Source of the DNA: Polyangiaceae bacterium | Lineage (GTDB): Bacteria > Myxococcota_A > Polyangia > Polyangiales > Polyangiaceae | DNA length: 64,000 bases | NCBI GenBank assembly: GCA_965222375.1 | Contig: CBDCTZ010000012.1 | Span: forward strand, 64,001 to 128,000 | Direction of reading: 5' to 3' | Shown: positions 39,661 to 51,426 of the stretch, one piece after another | Layout of the letters: each line of letters begins with the position of its first letter | Position numbering within the stretch: position 1 is the stretch's first letter | Program-made: the position numbers and the translations under genes | The notes under the pieces: generated by a model | Seen by the model: only the letters and a program-made list of their open reading frames with translations | What the model was told of the DNA's origin: nothing | The model's database searches: none

Positions 39661-39737
39661 AGCACAAGCGTGAGGGCGAGCCTGTGCGTGAGCGCGGGGG
39701 CGAGCGCGAGCGCGGGCGCGGGGGCGAGCGCGCGCCG

Positions 39738-40460
39738 CTAGCTGGCTCGGGGGATCACGCGGGCGATCGCGTGCTCGCTGTGGATGCGTTCGAGGGCGTG
39801 TTCGATGCACTGATGAAACCAGCTATGGGCTGGGCCGTTGTCGTGCACGGTGCGCGATGCAGAGCGCTGACTTTGGTGCTTGCGGCTCGTGTCGAGTCGA
39901 GGGCTTCGGATGACTAACTTGCCGTCCTTGAAGCGCGCGTCGCCGTCGCCCATGGCGCCGAGCACAGCATCCGCGAGGACGCTTTGACGCTCACTTGGGA
40001 CCTCGGCCTCGAAGATGACCTCGATGTTCACGGTGGTCTTGTTGCGTCGCGAGCCCAGCCCGCGCTCATAGGCTTCGATTTGGATCTCAAAGGGGCGGGC
40101 GGCGAGCCACGCACGTTCTCGGTTGGCCTTCAGTTTGGCAAGCCAGTCGAGGCCCAGCGCCAGAAACAGCACCGTGACGACCAGCGGCCCCACAAGCACC
40201 ACGAAGAACAAAGGCCCACCCGGAAGGAAGGGCTGTTGTCCGTGAACCAGGATGGCCATGCAGGCCCAGAGTAAAGTCACGAAGACCAACCCGATTGGCA
40301 GTGCCCGGGAAACCCCACCTCCGGCCAGGGACATGTCGATCAACGCCTGGCGCGCGCCATCCTCGCGCTCTCGCTTCTCCCGCGCTTTGTGCGCCTTTTG
40401 CTGCCGTCGCTTGCTGCGCGTCCTGTCGCCCCGTGCCGCAAGTTGGTCCAGTTCGCTCAT
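39738..40460 (-). CDS. Hypothetical membrane protein
   Basis: Charged N-terminus followed by two TM segments. Confidence 0.7.
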   Translation of the reverse strand: MSELDQLAARGDRTRSKRRQQKAHKAREKREREDGARQALIDMSLAGGGVSRALPIGLVFVTLLWACMAILVHGQQPFLPGGPLFFVVLVGPLVVTVLFLALGLDWLAKLKANRERAWLAARPFEIQIEAYERGLGSRRNKTTVNIEVIFEAEVPSERQSVLADAVLGAMGDGDARFKDGKLVIRSPRLDTSRKHQSQRSASRTVHDNGPAHSWFHQCIEHALERIHSEHAIARVIPRAS

Positions 40461-40613
40461 GATCCTGGAACCAAGCTACCCGACTCGACCCTCGCGGTAA
40501 ACGCCGCCCAAGGAGGCCCACAATCGGTGTCTCCACTCCCCGGCTCAGTGGACTACCTGGCCCCCCCTAGCCCGATGCGGCTCCAGGAGGCCGCGACGGA
40601 GTGCAGCACGGCG

Positions 40614-41111
40614 CTACATGAACGAAACGCCAACACTGAACGAGGGATATCCGATTCGCATCGTGAGCGCGATGGAGTCGGAGAAATGATATCGGCCGCC
40701 AGCGTAGAACGCCGGGCGGAACTTGGCACCGGAGTCAAACCAGGTGCCGAGCCCGGGTTCCCCAAATACGGACCAGTCGTCGCTCAGCCAGAAGTTCCAC
40801 TGCATCACGACCGGCACCCAGAGACCGTTGTTGCCGGCGGAAAGGCCGGGCATGTCCGCACCGACTCCAATCCCGACGGTGTTGTTGATGGATTTCACAA
40901 AGCCGTTGTCCACCAATTCGAACGTGGCCCTGAAGCCGGGACCCAGACCTCGCCCATTATCGATGCCTGGCAGATCGACTAGGCCGAACACGGCATGGGG
41001 TTCCAGCTCCACGAAGTAGTCGGGGTGTGCCCCCGGTTGTTTGATTTGCGCTAGGCACGGTGCGGTAAGTGACGTAACGACAACAAATAGGGCGATCTGA
41101 CGTAGAAGCAT
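40614..41111 (-). CDS. Small outer-membrane beta-barrel-like protein
   Basis: Signal peptide; amphipathic strands; C-terminal VGVSF. Confidence 0.7.
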   Translation of the reverse strand: MLLRQIALFVVVTSLTAPCLAQIKQPGAHPDYFVELEPHAVFGLVDLPGIDNGRGLGPGFRATFELVDNGFVKSINNTVGIGVGADMPGLSAGNNGLWVPVVMQWNFWLSDDWSVFGEPGLGTWFDSGAKFRPAFYAGGRYHFSDSIALTMRIGYPSFSVGVSFM

Positions 41112-41278
41112 GCCCCAGGCTCAGCAAGTCCCATTCCTCAATGGGACGAAGCGCTAGCGTGGCGTCCGCGGCGCTCAGCTAGTCGTCTGTAGACGACAAA
41201 TGTCGGCAGCAGCCTGCACCAGAGTATCAACGCATGCGCCCAAACACGGTGGCATGCGAAGTGCTTATGCCGGCAAGT

Positions 41279-41974
41279 ATGGGATTGGGTAGGCGCGCGG
41301 CGGCGGAGGTTTTCGGCACGTTCTGGTTGGTCTTCGGGGGCTGCGGCAGTGCAGTGCTCGCTGCTGCCTTTCCGGACGTCGGAATAGGGTTACTGGGCGT
41401 CTCGCTCGCGTTTGGGTTGACCGTAATGACGATGGCATATGCCATCGGTCACATCTCTGGCTGTCACCTCAATCCAGCCGTCACCTTCGGGCTGGTCGCT
41501 GCCCGCCGTTTTCCCCTGGGTGAAGCCATTCCGTACATCGCAGCGCAGGTGCTCGGAGGCGTGCTAGGCGCTGCAACGCTCTACCTGATTGCGTCGGGGA
41601 AGGCCGGATTCGACGTTGGTGCCGGGTTCGCCGCCAACGGATTTGGTGAGCACTCTCCCGGCAGCTACACGTTGCTATCTGCAGCGGTTGCTGAGGTTGT
41701 TCTCACGGCCTTCTTCCTTTTCATCATTTGCGGGGCTACCGACGACCGCGCGCCGCTGGGGTTTGCTCCCATCGCCATCGGACTGGGTTTGACGCTGATC
41801 CATCTGATTGGCATTCCTGTGACCAACCTTTCCGTCAATCCCGCTCGCAGCACTGGGCCTGCCGTTTTCGTTGGCGGGTGGGCGCTGCAGCAGCTGTGGC
41901 TGTTTTGGGTTGCGCCTCTCGCCGGAGGACTGCTCGGTGGAGCCCTCTACGACCGAGTCTTCGGTGACGGTTGA
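41279..41974 (+). CDS. aqpZ: Aquaporin Z
   Basis: [36 protein letters not shown]. Confidence 0.96.
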   Translation: MGLGRRAAAEVFGTFWLVFGGCGSAVLAAAFPDVGIGLLGVSLAFGLTVMTMAYAIGHISGCHLNPAVTFGLVAARRFPLGEAIPYIAAQVLGGVLGAATLYLIASGKAGFDVGAGFAANGFGEHSPGSYTLLSAAVAEVVLTAFFLFIICGATDDRAPLGFAPIAIGLGLTLIHLIGIPVTNLSVNPARSTGPAVFVGGWALQQLWLFWVAPLAGGLLGGALYDRVFGDG

Positions 41975-42024
41975 GCCCAACCGACAGAACCACACTTGCT
42001 TTCACAACTTATGAAAGGGAAACC

Positions 42025-43269
42025 ATGCCATCCTTGACGAATTCAGTTCGCCTTGCTGCGCTCATGCCCCTCACCCTCGCCGTCGCCAACTGCGGCGCCA
42101 TCCCAGGGTTCCCCGGGGGCGGCGACTGTCCAGACAGTCCGGAAGCAGCGATGCGCGCCAGTTTTGGACTCAAGGGTGAAGCGGAGGGAAAGGTCAAAGC
42201 AGCTCTGGCAGCGGGTGCCGCGCTTCAAGGGCTTGCAGCTGAGGTGGAGGCCGACGTTGCTACGGCTTGCGGAAACTTGGCTAAGGACCTTGGCGCCTCC
42301 GATGACGAGATCGAAGCGGAAGACGACGGTCCGGGGAAGAAGGCGGAGGCGGCGTGTCAAGCGGCCGTGAAGGCGCTCGGCTCACTGAAGGCGAAGGCGA
42401 GCGGATCTCTCCAGGTGAAGGTCGTGCCGCCCAAGTGCTCCGCCAGCATGAATGCGATGGCCGATTGCGCTGCGGAATGCGACGCGAACATCGAGCCGGG
42501 TTCAGCGAAGGTGAAGTGCGAAGGTGGTGAGCTCAGCGGCAAGTGTAGTGGAAAATGCTCCGGCAGCTGTACCGTGGAAGCGGGGGCGGCGTGCGAAGGT
42601 TCTTGCTCGGCCACCTGCGAAGGCAGCTGCGAAGGCAAGTTCAGCGGTGAATGCGAAGGCAAGTGCAATGGAACCTGCAACGGAGCTAGCACCAGCGGCG
42701 GTTCCTGCGACGGGACCTGCGATGGCACTTGCGAGGGCTCCGCTTCCGGGAGTTGTGCGGGTACCTGCAAGGGCGAGTGCTCGGCGCAGTGCGAGATCAA
42801 AGGCAAGGCGGACTGCAGCGGAACTTGCTCCGGTGGGTGTAGCGTGGAACTCGAGGCCCCCAAGTGCAGTGGCGAGGTCAAGCCTCCGAAAATGAGTGCA
42901 GAATGTGAAGCGAGCTGCGATGCACAGGTGAGTGGGAAGGTAGAGTGCGTGCCGGCTCAGGTTCGGGTAACCATCGCGGGTGCGGCAGATGCGGCGGCCG
43001 CAACCAAGCTGAAAGGTGCCCTCAAGGCAAACCTGCCTGCGCTTCTGAAAGTCACGTTGGGGCTGAAAGGCAAGCTGGAAGCCGCAGTAGGCAACGTCAA
43101 GACGGCGCTCGCCGGCGCGAAATCGGTCGTGTCCGGTGGCGGCGAAGGCGCCCTCAAGGCAGGTGCGTGCATCGCAGCGTCCCTCAAAGCCCAAGCGGAC
43201 GCTGCAGTCTCCATCAACGTGTCGGTGAAGGCCAGCGCGTCAGCCAGTGGCGAAGCGGGCGCCGGCTGA
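42025..43269 (+). CDS. Cys-rich (CxGxC repeat) myxobacterial-type lipoprotein
   Basis: Lipobox VANC; long CxGxCxGxC run; RBS before ATG 42025. Confidence 0.8.
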   Translation: MPSLTNSVRLAALMPLTLAVANCGAIPGFPGGGDCPDSPEAAMRASFGLKGEAEGKVKAALAAGAALQGLAAEVEADVATACGNLAKDLGASDDEIEAEDDGPGKKAEAACQAAVKALGSLKAKASGSLQVKVVPPKCSASMNAMADCAAECDANIEPGSAKVKCEGGELSGKCSGKCSGSCTVEAGAACEGSCSATCEGSCEGKFSGECEGKCNGTCNGASTSGGSCDGTCDGTCEGSASGSCAGTCKGECSAQCEIKGKADCSGTCSGGCSVELEAPKCSGEVKPPKMSAECEASCDAQVSGKVECVPAQVRVTIAGAADAAAATKLKGALKANLPALLKVTLGLKGKLEAAVGNVKTALAGAKSVVSGGGEGALKAGACIAASLKAQADAAVSINVSVKASASASGEAGAG

Positions 43270-43279
43270 CCCGCAGCGC

Positions 43280-43601
43280 GGCAATTCACGCCTGCTGCGG
43301 GCGACCAGCTCGAGCTGTTCGAAGCGGAACGCTAGAACGCTCCCGCTGGGCCTGACTCCTCCACCACGTGTTTCGCGCCGACGTCGAGACCGGCCCTCAG
43401 TGCGGCGGACCGATGCGCTGGGTCGAGGCGGGCGCGCTCCGCGATACCCGGAGGGGTGCCGCTACCCCCGATGCCATCGCCTGCTTGCTGGCCGAGCATG
43501 GACAGTCTCCAACCTGGGATGGGCTCGGCCCACGCGCACCCCCGAGGGCATCCGTGGCTGAGGCATTCGGGCAGATCGAGTTGCCGTTTGCGAGTGCCTG
43601 A
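43280..43601 (+). pseudogene. Decayed C-terminal fragment of an IS91-family-like transposase
   Basis: QLELF...RWA*LLHHVFRADVETGPQCGGPMRW...AIACLLA...PRAPP...QIELPF, with stops and frameshifts. Confidence 0.65.
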
Positions 43602-43744
43602 GCGCTCCAGCGGGCAGCTCGGGCAGGCCTTTGCGCCGTCGTCAGCCAGCGCCCCGCTTCGCTCGCGGATCTCCGCCAACCGGACCCGCCATCGCACGCT
43701 GACCGCCTCAAATGGCGCTGTCTCAAAGCTGCCAGCCTGCGGGC

Positions 43745-46700
43745 CTACTTCGGCGTTTCCGGAAAATCGCAGTTCGTTCTTCCTTGGCGTCGAAGGCTAA
43801 ACTTCTTGAGCTTGCGATAAAACGTTGCTCGAGGGATCCCGAGACTGCGAGCCGCTTCGGAGACGTTCCAACCCTGGGCAGAAAGCGCCGCAAGCATAGC
43901 GCGCTTCAACTCATGACCACGCAGTTTCTGCCTTGGCATCGAGGCCTCTAGATCGAGATCCGACTCGCGGATCGTTTCCCCTTGGGCGGCCAGGCAGGCA
44001 CGCGTGAGCACGTTTTCCAACTGCCGAACATTGCCAGGCCAATCGGCTCGCACCAATCTGCTGAGGGCCGCCGGGTGCAGCTTCGGTGGCGGCCGCTTCA
44101 AGCGCTCGGCAAGATTCGCCAGGACGTGTGCAGCAAGTGCCGGAAGGTCCTGGGGGCGTTCTCGCAGGGATGGAACACGAACATCGAAAACCGCGATCCT
44201 ATAGTAGAGATCTTCCCGAAAGCGCTGCTCGGCCACTTCGACCTGAAGGTCACGATTCGTGGCGAATAGCAGGCGCGCAGTGATCGGTACTACCGCGGCA
44301 CCGCCCAAAGGCCGCACTTCGCGTTCTTGCAAAGCGCGCAACAGCTTAACCTGCATACTCGCGGGCATCTCGCCGACTTCGTCCAAGAAGAGCGTCCCGG
44401 CGGAAGCCAGCTGGAAGTAACCCGGGTGATCGCGCACCGCGCCCGTGAAGGCGCCCTTCGTGTAACCAAAAAGCTCTCCTTCGAGCAGGGCTTCGGGCAC
44501 CGCGCCGCAGTTGACCGCCACAAAAGGGCCGGCGCGTTTCGGGCTCTCTTCGTGCAGAGCGCGCGCCAACACTTCTTTGCCGGTTCCGCTCTCGCCCCAC
44601 ATAAGCACGTTGAGCTCGGTGTCGACGACGCGCTCGAGCCGCTCGAAAACGGCCTGCATCGCTGGGCTATCGCCAATCACGCTACCAAAGGTCTGGCGCC
44701 GGGGTCGGGCGCGCTGCTGCTCAATCTCGCGCTCGAGCTGTGCAATCTGATCCTCACGTCCCGCCAGAATCTCTCGGACTCGATCACGCTCTATCTCCAG
44801 TTGCTCGGTGCGCTCGCGCAGCTGGTCGTGCAGCCGCGCGTTCTCAAGGGCAATCGCCACTTGGTCCGCAAAGGCCAGCATGCGCTCCAGGTCGGCGCCA
44901 CTGAACTCTCCGCGTCGATAGCGATGGTCAACGTAGATGGCGCCAACGATGCTGCGCTCTGTCCTAATGGGCACGCATAGGACCGATGTCAAACCAAGAG
45001 CGTGTACCGACTGACTTTGCTCAAAACGGTGATCCACTTGCGCATCCACCGTGAGCGCAGGCTCCCCGGAGTCGATGACGCTAACAGCGATGTCGCGACT
45101 GAACTTGATCTTGGCGCGCTCAACACGCTGTCGATCGATGTTGCGCGCCACCGGGACCTTCAAAGCACCATCCACTCCGTCCCGCAGGATCAAGAACCCG
45201 CGCTCGGCGCCGCTGAGCTCAATGGCTGCCTCCATAGTTTCTTTGAGCACCTGCTGGGGCGCCAAGCTTGAATTGAGGCGGCGGTTGATCTCCACGAAAC
45301 GCCGTAGCTGCCGAGCTGCCGTTTCCCCAGAGGGAGCTCCGTCTTGCGGGGCCACCTCGCGGAGCTGCTGCGCCGCCGCGCGCTCCGGGTGAGCGTCGAA
45401 GGCGTCGCGCGCGGACGCTGGCAAACCGAGCCGCAGACGTTCCCAGCCGCTTGCTGCCAAATCGCGATGGTGCTCTGCCAAGCGCGGACTCTGCGCGGCG
45501 ATGTAGGCTTCGGCGAGGCGACTGTGCATTCGAGTCACCAACAACCGCCGCTTGGTTGCTTCGGCAAGGGCGAGCCCGCGCTCAAGCAGCTCGATGGCTT
45601 CGGCGGCGCGCTGCTCACTGAGTGCCTGGCCAGCGACTGCCCAAAGCGCCGACGCTAAGGTATCGTCTGCAGCCAGCGCCTCGGCACGCTTGAGGATCTC
45701 GTCAAGCTCTTGCGGATCGTTGGCAGTGCCCGTCAGACGAGCGACTTCGACATGTTGGATCCGAACCTCGATCGATTCGAGCCGCGACCCTTGAGCCTCA
45801 AACGCGTTGGCCGCCTGCACCAAGTGCGGGCCCGCGCTTTCGCGACCCAAGAAAAGGGCGGATTCGCCCAGGGTGGCTCGCGCGGTGTTGGCCAAGAAGT
45901 CTAGCTCCAAGGCATCCGCTAGCTGTAGAGCACGGTCGGCGTGGCGCTCAGCCTGCGCGAAGAGCCCGATGTCGCATTCCAGGCGCGCCAGGTTGGTCAA
46001 CAGATTGGCCTGAGTGTTGTCGAGCTGCTGTGCCTGAGCAATCTGGAGCCCGCGGTGGTAAGCGGCATACGCTTCGGCGAACTCACCCAGTTGGTGGGCA
46101 GCTACACCACGATTCATCGTCGTGACCGCCGCCAGGTCATCCAGATGGGAAGCCTCCACAATCGACTGCGCGTTGCGGTAGTGCTCCGCTGCCGCAAGTG
46201 GATCACCGCCTCGGTAGGCGCAAAACGCTAGAGCGCTCTGCTGTCGAAGGCGCAGACGTGAGCTACCAATCCCTGCAGCGGCTCGAAGCCTTGGATGTAA
46301 CTTGGCAAGGTCAGCGTCTCGAGCCAGATACGCGAAAGCCATCGCCATCGTGCAGCCCAAGGACAGCCTGAGCTCGTGAGACATTTCCAAATCCAACGTG
46401 CTCTGTGCGGCCTCCAAAGCCGCCGATGCATTCCCCTGACGCAGCAGCGTCAAGGCGCGTCCGTCCAAGGCCGCGGCCCGCGCCCGAGGGTCCTGATGGG
46501 CTAGCTCGATCGCCTTGTCGAACTGCCGTCGTGCACGTTGCAGAGAGCCCATGCCCAAGTAGCATTGCCCAGCCACGGTTCGTGCCCGGACGGATTCCGC
46601 GTCGGGTGGGCGCTTGCGCAAGATCCTAGCCACCTCAGCCAACGCCTCCCGCACAGCTCCGGACTCGGCCAGGAACTCAGACACCGTCAACTTGGTTGCA

Positions 46701-48538
46701 GTTGACGTTCCGACGTGACTGAGGGTGACGATAACCTCCAACAACTCTGCCGACGCTTCGTCGGCAAGTCCAGGGTGAGCGACAAGCCACTGAGCTGCTT
46801 CGTCGGCCCGTCCAAGCCGACAGAGATGATGCACAATCCGCGTGAAAAGACGGTAACGTTGCCGCCTTTCAGACACGTTGCCGAAACGCTCCTGGTAATG
46901 GTCCAATAGACGTCGGTGTTCGACCGCCAGAAGCTCCGTGCCGAAATGCTCTACCAGACGTTCGGCGTCTGCCGGTCGCGTCAGGCGATAACCGTCCTCC
47001 ACCCTAGAAAGCCAACCCGCATCCACAAGGAGTGCTAGATCGCTGAGCGACAAGCCCAACTGCAGGGCTTCGGCGTGCGCGAAATGCCCACGATTGGCCG
47101 CCAACCAGCGTAGCGTTTGTCGCACCGACTCGGGAAAACGATCGATCGTCACCCTTTGCGCTTCTGACAGCGCCTGGGTGGCAGCCTGATGCTGAAGATC
47201 TCCCACCGCGAAGTCTTCAAACGCTAGACTACGACTCAGGGCGACCACCTCCCCGGGATTGCCCGCGGTAGCCCTGAGGACGGAATCCAATTCGACCTGG
47301 GAAAGCCCCTGCGGCAACCAGAGGCGCAAGTCCGCCTTGGAGAGTGCGCCCAGGCGCACAACGACAGCATGATCGATGCCGTTTCCTGGATCAGCCTCAC
47401 TGGAACAGAGCAGCCTGACCCGAGGAGTCTCTGCACAAGCCGCGAGCAGAGCCTGCCACAAACGTCGTTCCGTTTCGACCAGGCGGTCGGCATCATCAAG
47501 CACCAGTAGAACCGGCGTTGGTCCCGCATTCAGCACATTCAACGCCTCGAGTGCTCCGCCAAGGCCATGGACGGAATCGTCGTTGGCGGCGAAACGCAGC
47601 ATCTCCAAGATCGGCGAGGGATGATTGACGCGCCCGTGGACAATGGTTGCGGTCGCAGAAGCGCGCCAAGCCAATTCCCGAAGCAAACGGCTCTTGCCTA
47701 TGCCAGCGGGCCCGGTCAGCCAGAAGCAACTTGGCCCGCCGTCACCTTGGCGCCAAGCTTCGAAGGCCGCCGTCCACTGCTCGCGCCCGACCAACTTCTG
47801 GCTCAGGCCGGCTACACTTCTGCGTTCCGGCAGTTGCCAACCGAGGCGCTCAAGCACGTCGGCGACATTTGCGGGCCGCCGCACAGGCTCGCGCTCGGTG
47901 AGCTCGCCAATCAAACGAGTCAGGGCCGCCGATGGCCGCTGGACAAGTCCCCGCAGGCAGACACCAAGCGCAAAAAGATCCGTGCGTTCATCGCAGATGC
48001 CTCCGCGCAGCTCGGGTGCCGCGTGGGACATCGTGCCCGAAAACGATTCTGCTCGAGAACCAATGGCACGCGCCGAGCTGAGATCAATCAACTTGGTCTC
48101 ACGACCTTGGTCGTCCACAACGATGTTGTCGGCCTTGAAGTCTCCGTGCAACAAACCGTGTTGGTGGAGGCATTCGAGCCCATGTAGTGCGCCCAACAGC
48201 GCTGACTTCTGCTGCTTCAAAGTAACGGCAGGCCGTAGCGCTTTTCCTGGCGCGTACTGCGTCGTGAGGTAGTGGGGTCGCTGCTCCAATTCGTGGGCGA
48301 CACCCAGATCCAGCACCTGACACAGGTTGGGATGCACCAACTGACACAGGGTCCAGGCTTCGCGGCGAAGGATCTCGCCACGCTCTGGGCTAACGCTATG
48401 GAGCAGCTTAAGAGTAACGGTGCGCCCGTCCAGCCGATCCCGGGCCCTGAAGACGCGGGCCAGCCCACCCTCCCCGAGGCGACTCACCAGCTCATAGCGA
48501 CAGGCGACTCGACGCTCTGGAATACTATCAGCACTCAT
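43745..48538 (-). CDS. Multidomain Ser/Thr kinase - AAA ATPase - TPR - GAF - sigma54 enhancer-binding protein
   Basis: [24 protein letters not shown]-like helices; [33 protein letters not shown]; Fis-type HTH. Confidence 0.92.
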   Translation of the reverse strand: MSADSIPERRVACRYELVSRLGEGGLARVFRARDRLDGRTVTLKLLHSVSPERGEILRREAWTLCQLVHPNLCQVLDLGVAHELEQRPHYLTTQYAPGKALRPAVTLKQQKSALLGALHGLECLHQHGLLHGDFKADNIVVDDQGRETKLIDLSSARAIGSRAESFSGTMSHAAPELRGGICDERTDLFALGVCLRGLVQRPSAALTRLIGELTEREPVRRPANVADVLERLGWQLPERRSVAGLSQKLVGREQWTAAFEAWRQGDGGPSCFWLTGPAGIGKSRLLRELAWRASATATIVHGRVNHPSPILEMLRFAANDDSVHGLGGALEALNVLNAGPTPVLLVLDDADRLVETERRLWQALLAACAETPRVRLLCSSEADPGNGIDHAVVVRLGALSKADLRLWLPQGLSQVELDSVLRATAGNPGEVVALSRSLAFEDFAVGDLQHQAATQALSEAQRVTIDRFPESVRQTLRWLAANRGHFAHAEALQLGLSLSDLALLVDAGWLSRVEDGYRLTRPADAERLVEHFGTELLAVEHRRLLDHYQERFGNVSERRQRYRLFTRIVHHLCRLGRADEAAQWLVAHPGLADEASAELLEVIVTLSHVGTSTATKLTVSEFLAESGAVREALAEVARILRKRPPDAESVRARTVAGQCYLGMGSLQRARRQFDKAIELAHQDPRARAAALDGRALTLLRQGNASAALEAAQSTLDLEMSHELRLSLGCTMAMAFAYLARDADLAKLHPRLRAAAGIGSSRLRLRQQSALAFCAYRGGDPLAAAEHYRNAQSIVEASHLDDLAAVTTMNRGVAAHQLGEFAEAYAAYHRGLQIAQAQQLDNTQANLLTNLARLECDIGLFAQAERHADRALQLADALELDFLANTARATLGESALFLGRESAGPHLVQAANAFEAQGSRLESIEVRIQHVEVARLTGTANDPQELDEILKRAEALAADDTLASALWAVAGQALSEQRAAEAIELLERGLALAEATKRRLLVTRMHSRLAEAYIAAQSPRLAEHHRDLAASGWERLRLGLPASARDAFDAHPERAAAQQLREVAPQDGAPSGETAARQLRRFVEINRRLNSSLAPQQVLKETMEAAIELSGAERGFLILRDGVDGALKVPVARNIDRQRVERAKIKFSRDIAVSVIDSGEPALTVDAQVDHRFEQSQSVHALGLTSVLCVPIRTERSIVGAIYVDHRYRRGEFSGADLERMLAFADQVAIALENARLHDQLRERTEQLEIERDRVREILAGREDQIAQLEREIEQQRARPRRQTFGSVIGDSPAMQAVFERLERVVDTELNVLMWGESGTGKEVLARALHEESPKRAGPFVAVNCGAVPEALLEGELFGYTKGAFTGAVRDHPGYFQLASAGTLFLDEVGEMPASMQVKLLRALQEREVRPLGGAAVVPITARLLFATNRDLQVEVAEQRFREDLYYRIAVFDVRVPSLRERPQDLPALAAHVLANLAERLKRPPPKLHPAALSRLVRADWPGNVRQLENVLTRACLAAQGETIRESDLDLEASMPRQKLRGHELKRAMLAALSAQGWNVSEAARSLGIPRATFYRKLKKFSLRRQGRTNCDFPETPK

Positions 48539-48563
48539 GTCTCACTCATGGCACATGAGACAT
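48537..48563. promoter_or_regulatory. Candidate enhancer (UAS) ATGTCTCA-N11-TGAGACAT
   Basis: Perfect 8-bp inverted repeat ~75 nt upstream of the -24 element; overlaps the activator's start codon. Confidence 0.7.
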
Positions 48564-48636
48564 TCTGATACATAATTGCGACGTAGACAATGGCACGTTC
48601 CGTAGAAAATCTTCAAAAAATGGCAGAATCACGCAA

Positions 48637-48654
48637 TTGGCACGAGGCATGCTT
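48637..48654 (+). promoter_or_regulatory. Sigma54 -24/-12 promoter TTGGCACGAGGCATGCTT
   Basis: TGGCACG with exact GG-N10-GC spacing; divergent from a sigma54 activator. Confidence 0.85.
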
Positions 48655-48665
48655 ACTTAATCAGC

Positions 48666-49361
48666 ATGATCCGTGGAACCCAGCTATTGCTACTCACCTC
48701 GCTGCTCGTCAGCTGTGGCGAAGCGGATCGGCGCCAAGCGGTCCGACCCCAGCCTCAGCCGGTGCCCGGCGTCCATCTCGTACTGGACGAAACGAAGGTC
48801 ACGATGACGCGGGACGGGGCTGACCTTCGAATCGTCGGTTCTGATGGAGCTGTGTCCGGCGAGGGTGCATCGGTTTGGGCAACCAACCTGGCCACAGATG
48901 CTCGCGAAGCACGGCAGAAGGCGGTCAAAGGCTCTTTTGATCTGCAGCTCGCGGGTAGCGACAACGACCCAATCATCGTGCAAGCCGGCCTTGGTAAGTA
49001 CCTGACAACCCGTGTCCTGCTCGGCAACCATCCGGTGATCGAGGCCTGCCTCCGCGCGGCACTACCAACGGCTTGGGCGCTCGAACGGGTCGACGTCGGG
49101 CAGGACTACTCCGCCGATATCCACTGGCAGGGCAGTTGTAGCGTGGAAGCGAGCATCACCGAGGTGCGACTTCAGCAGGGCAACCGCGGTTTTTCCTTCA
49201 AGACGAACACAGAGACTCACAACGCCCCGATCACGTTGACCTTTATGCCGCCCAACTCGGAGCCTGCATTCGACGTACTTCTCGTCGAGGTAAGTCAAAA
49301 CGGAGAAATGACAACGTTGCCCGTGAGTCTGATCGCCAACCTACCACCGCCACCAATCTAG
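48666..49361 (+). CDS. Hypothetical lipoprotein (probable Ig-like beta domains)
   Basis: Lipobox LVSC; beta-rich sequence; first gene after the sigma54 promoter. Confidence 0.7.
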   Translation: MIRGTQLLLLTSLLVSCGEADRRQAVRPQPQPVPGVHLVLDETKVTMTRDGADLRIVGSDGAVSGEGASVWATNLATDAREARQKAVKGSFDLQLAGSDNDPIIVQAGLGKYLTTRVLLGNHPVIEACLRAALPTAWALERVDVGQDYSADIHWQGSCSVEASITEVRLQQGNRGFSFKTNTETHNAPITLTFMPPNSEPAFDVLLVEVSQNGEMTTLPVSLIANLPPPPI

Positions 49362-49408
49362 CCCGGACAACAGAGCCGGACAACAGCCAGAGCCGGACAA
49401 CAGCCAGA
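49362..49408. repeat. Short tandem repeat (CCGGACAACAG core x3; 17-bp unit)
   Basis: Read directly from the sequence. Confidence 0.8.
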
Positions 49409-49478
49409 GGGGGAAAGTCCAACGACCGTCCTTCGGGCGCAAGAGGGCCCGTTTGTTTCACAAACAAGGAGTAATCAC

Positions 49479-50024
49479 ATGCGACATTCAATTCAGTATT
49501 CATTCATCGCTCTGGGGCTGCTGCTCGCTTCTGGGTGCTCTGGCAACACGGGCGAGAAAGACGAAGCCAAGCCCTTGCTGCAGAACGTGGTCGCGAAAGG
49601 CAGCCTCAAGAACTGCAAGAACCCCAAGCTTGTCTGCACGCAATCGTATCCGGAAGTTTGCTACGAGTACTGCGACGACGACGCTCCCTGCCAAACCGTA
49701 GAGAGCTGCGCGATGAGCTACCCGGTGCAGTGTTTCGAAGAGTGCATCGAACCCAAGGTACCAGAAGAAGAATGTGCTGGTCCCGAGACGGTTGTCAGCT
49801 CTGACGGCGAGACCTTCCCGGTTTGCACCGACGAGGGGATCGCGGGTCCACCCGGCACAGGTGGCGGTAGTTCACCGGGCAATCCTGGCCCCGGGGGCGA
49901 AGACGGCTCTCCACCGAATCCCCCGGGTGGCGAGGACGGCTCTCCGCCGAACCCCCCAGGCAGCGAGGACGGCTCTCCGCCGAACCTCCCAGGCGGCGAG
50001 GACGGCTCTCCGCCAAGCAACTAA
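49479..50024 (+). CDS. Cys-rich lipoprotein with two Bowman-Birk-like loops and a Pro-rich G(G/S)EDGSPP repeat tail
   Basis: RBS AAGGAG; lipobox ASGC; CTQSYPEVC and CAMSYPVQC; four EDGSPP repeats. Confidence 0.8.
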   Translation: MRHSIQYSFIALGLLLASGCSGNTGEKDEAKPLLQNVVAKGSLKNCKNPKLVCTQSYPEVCYEYCDDDAPCQTVESCAMSYPVQCFEECIEPKVPEEECAGPETVVSSDGETFPVCTDEGIAGPPGTGGGSSPGNPGPGGEDGSPPNPPGGEDGSPPNPPGSEDGSPPNLPGGEDGSPPSN

Positions 50025-50209
50025 CGATCCAAGACGCGCCCCGCCACTGCGTGGGGCGCGCTCCGCCGAGACGTATGAACGACCGACGAACAACGAACGA
50101 GCTTCGGACTCGATCCGAAGCAGGATGTGAGCGCGAGTGCGACATCGCAGGTGGTGGAAACAAAATTTTCCACCGCTCGCGGCACGCGGCGGTGCGTCGA
50201 GGTGCGCGG

Positions 50210-51397
<1,188 letters not shown>

Positions 51398-51426
51398 ATG
51401 CATCCCTCCGATTTTCGCGGTGGCGC

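Noticed and set aside
39133..39741. Overlapping ORFs on both strands across the repeat tract
   Set aside because: Low-complexity translations of a stop-free repeat; no coding evidence.
43353..43355. In-frame TGA as a possible selenocysteine codon (selB is present)
   Set aside because: It lies in a decayed transposase fragment with other stops and frameshifts and an apparently lost Cys; a nonsense mutation is simpler.
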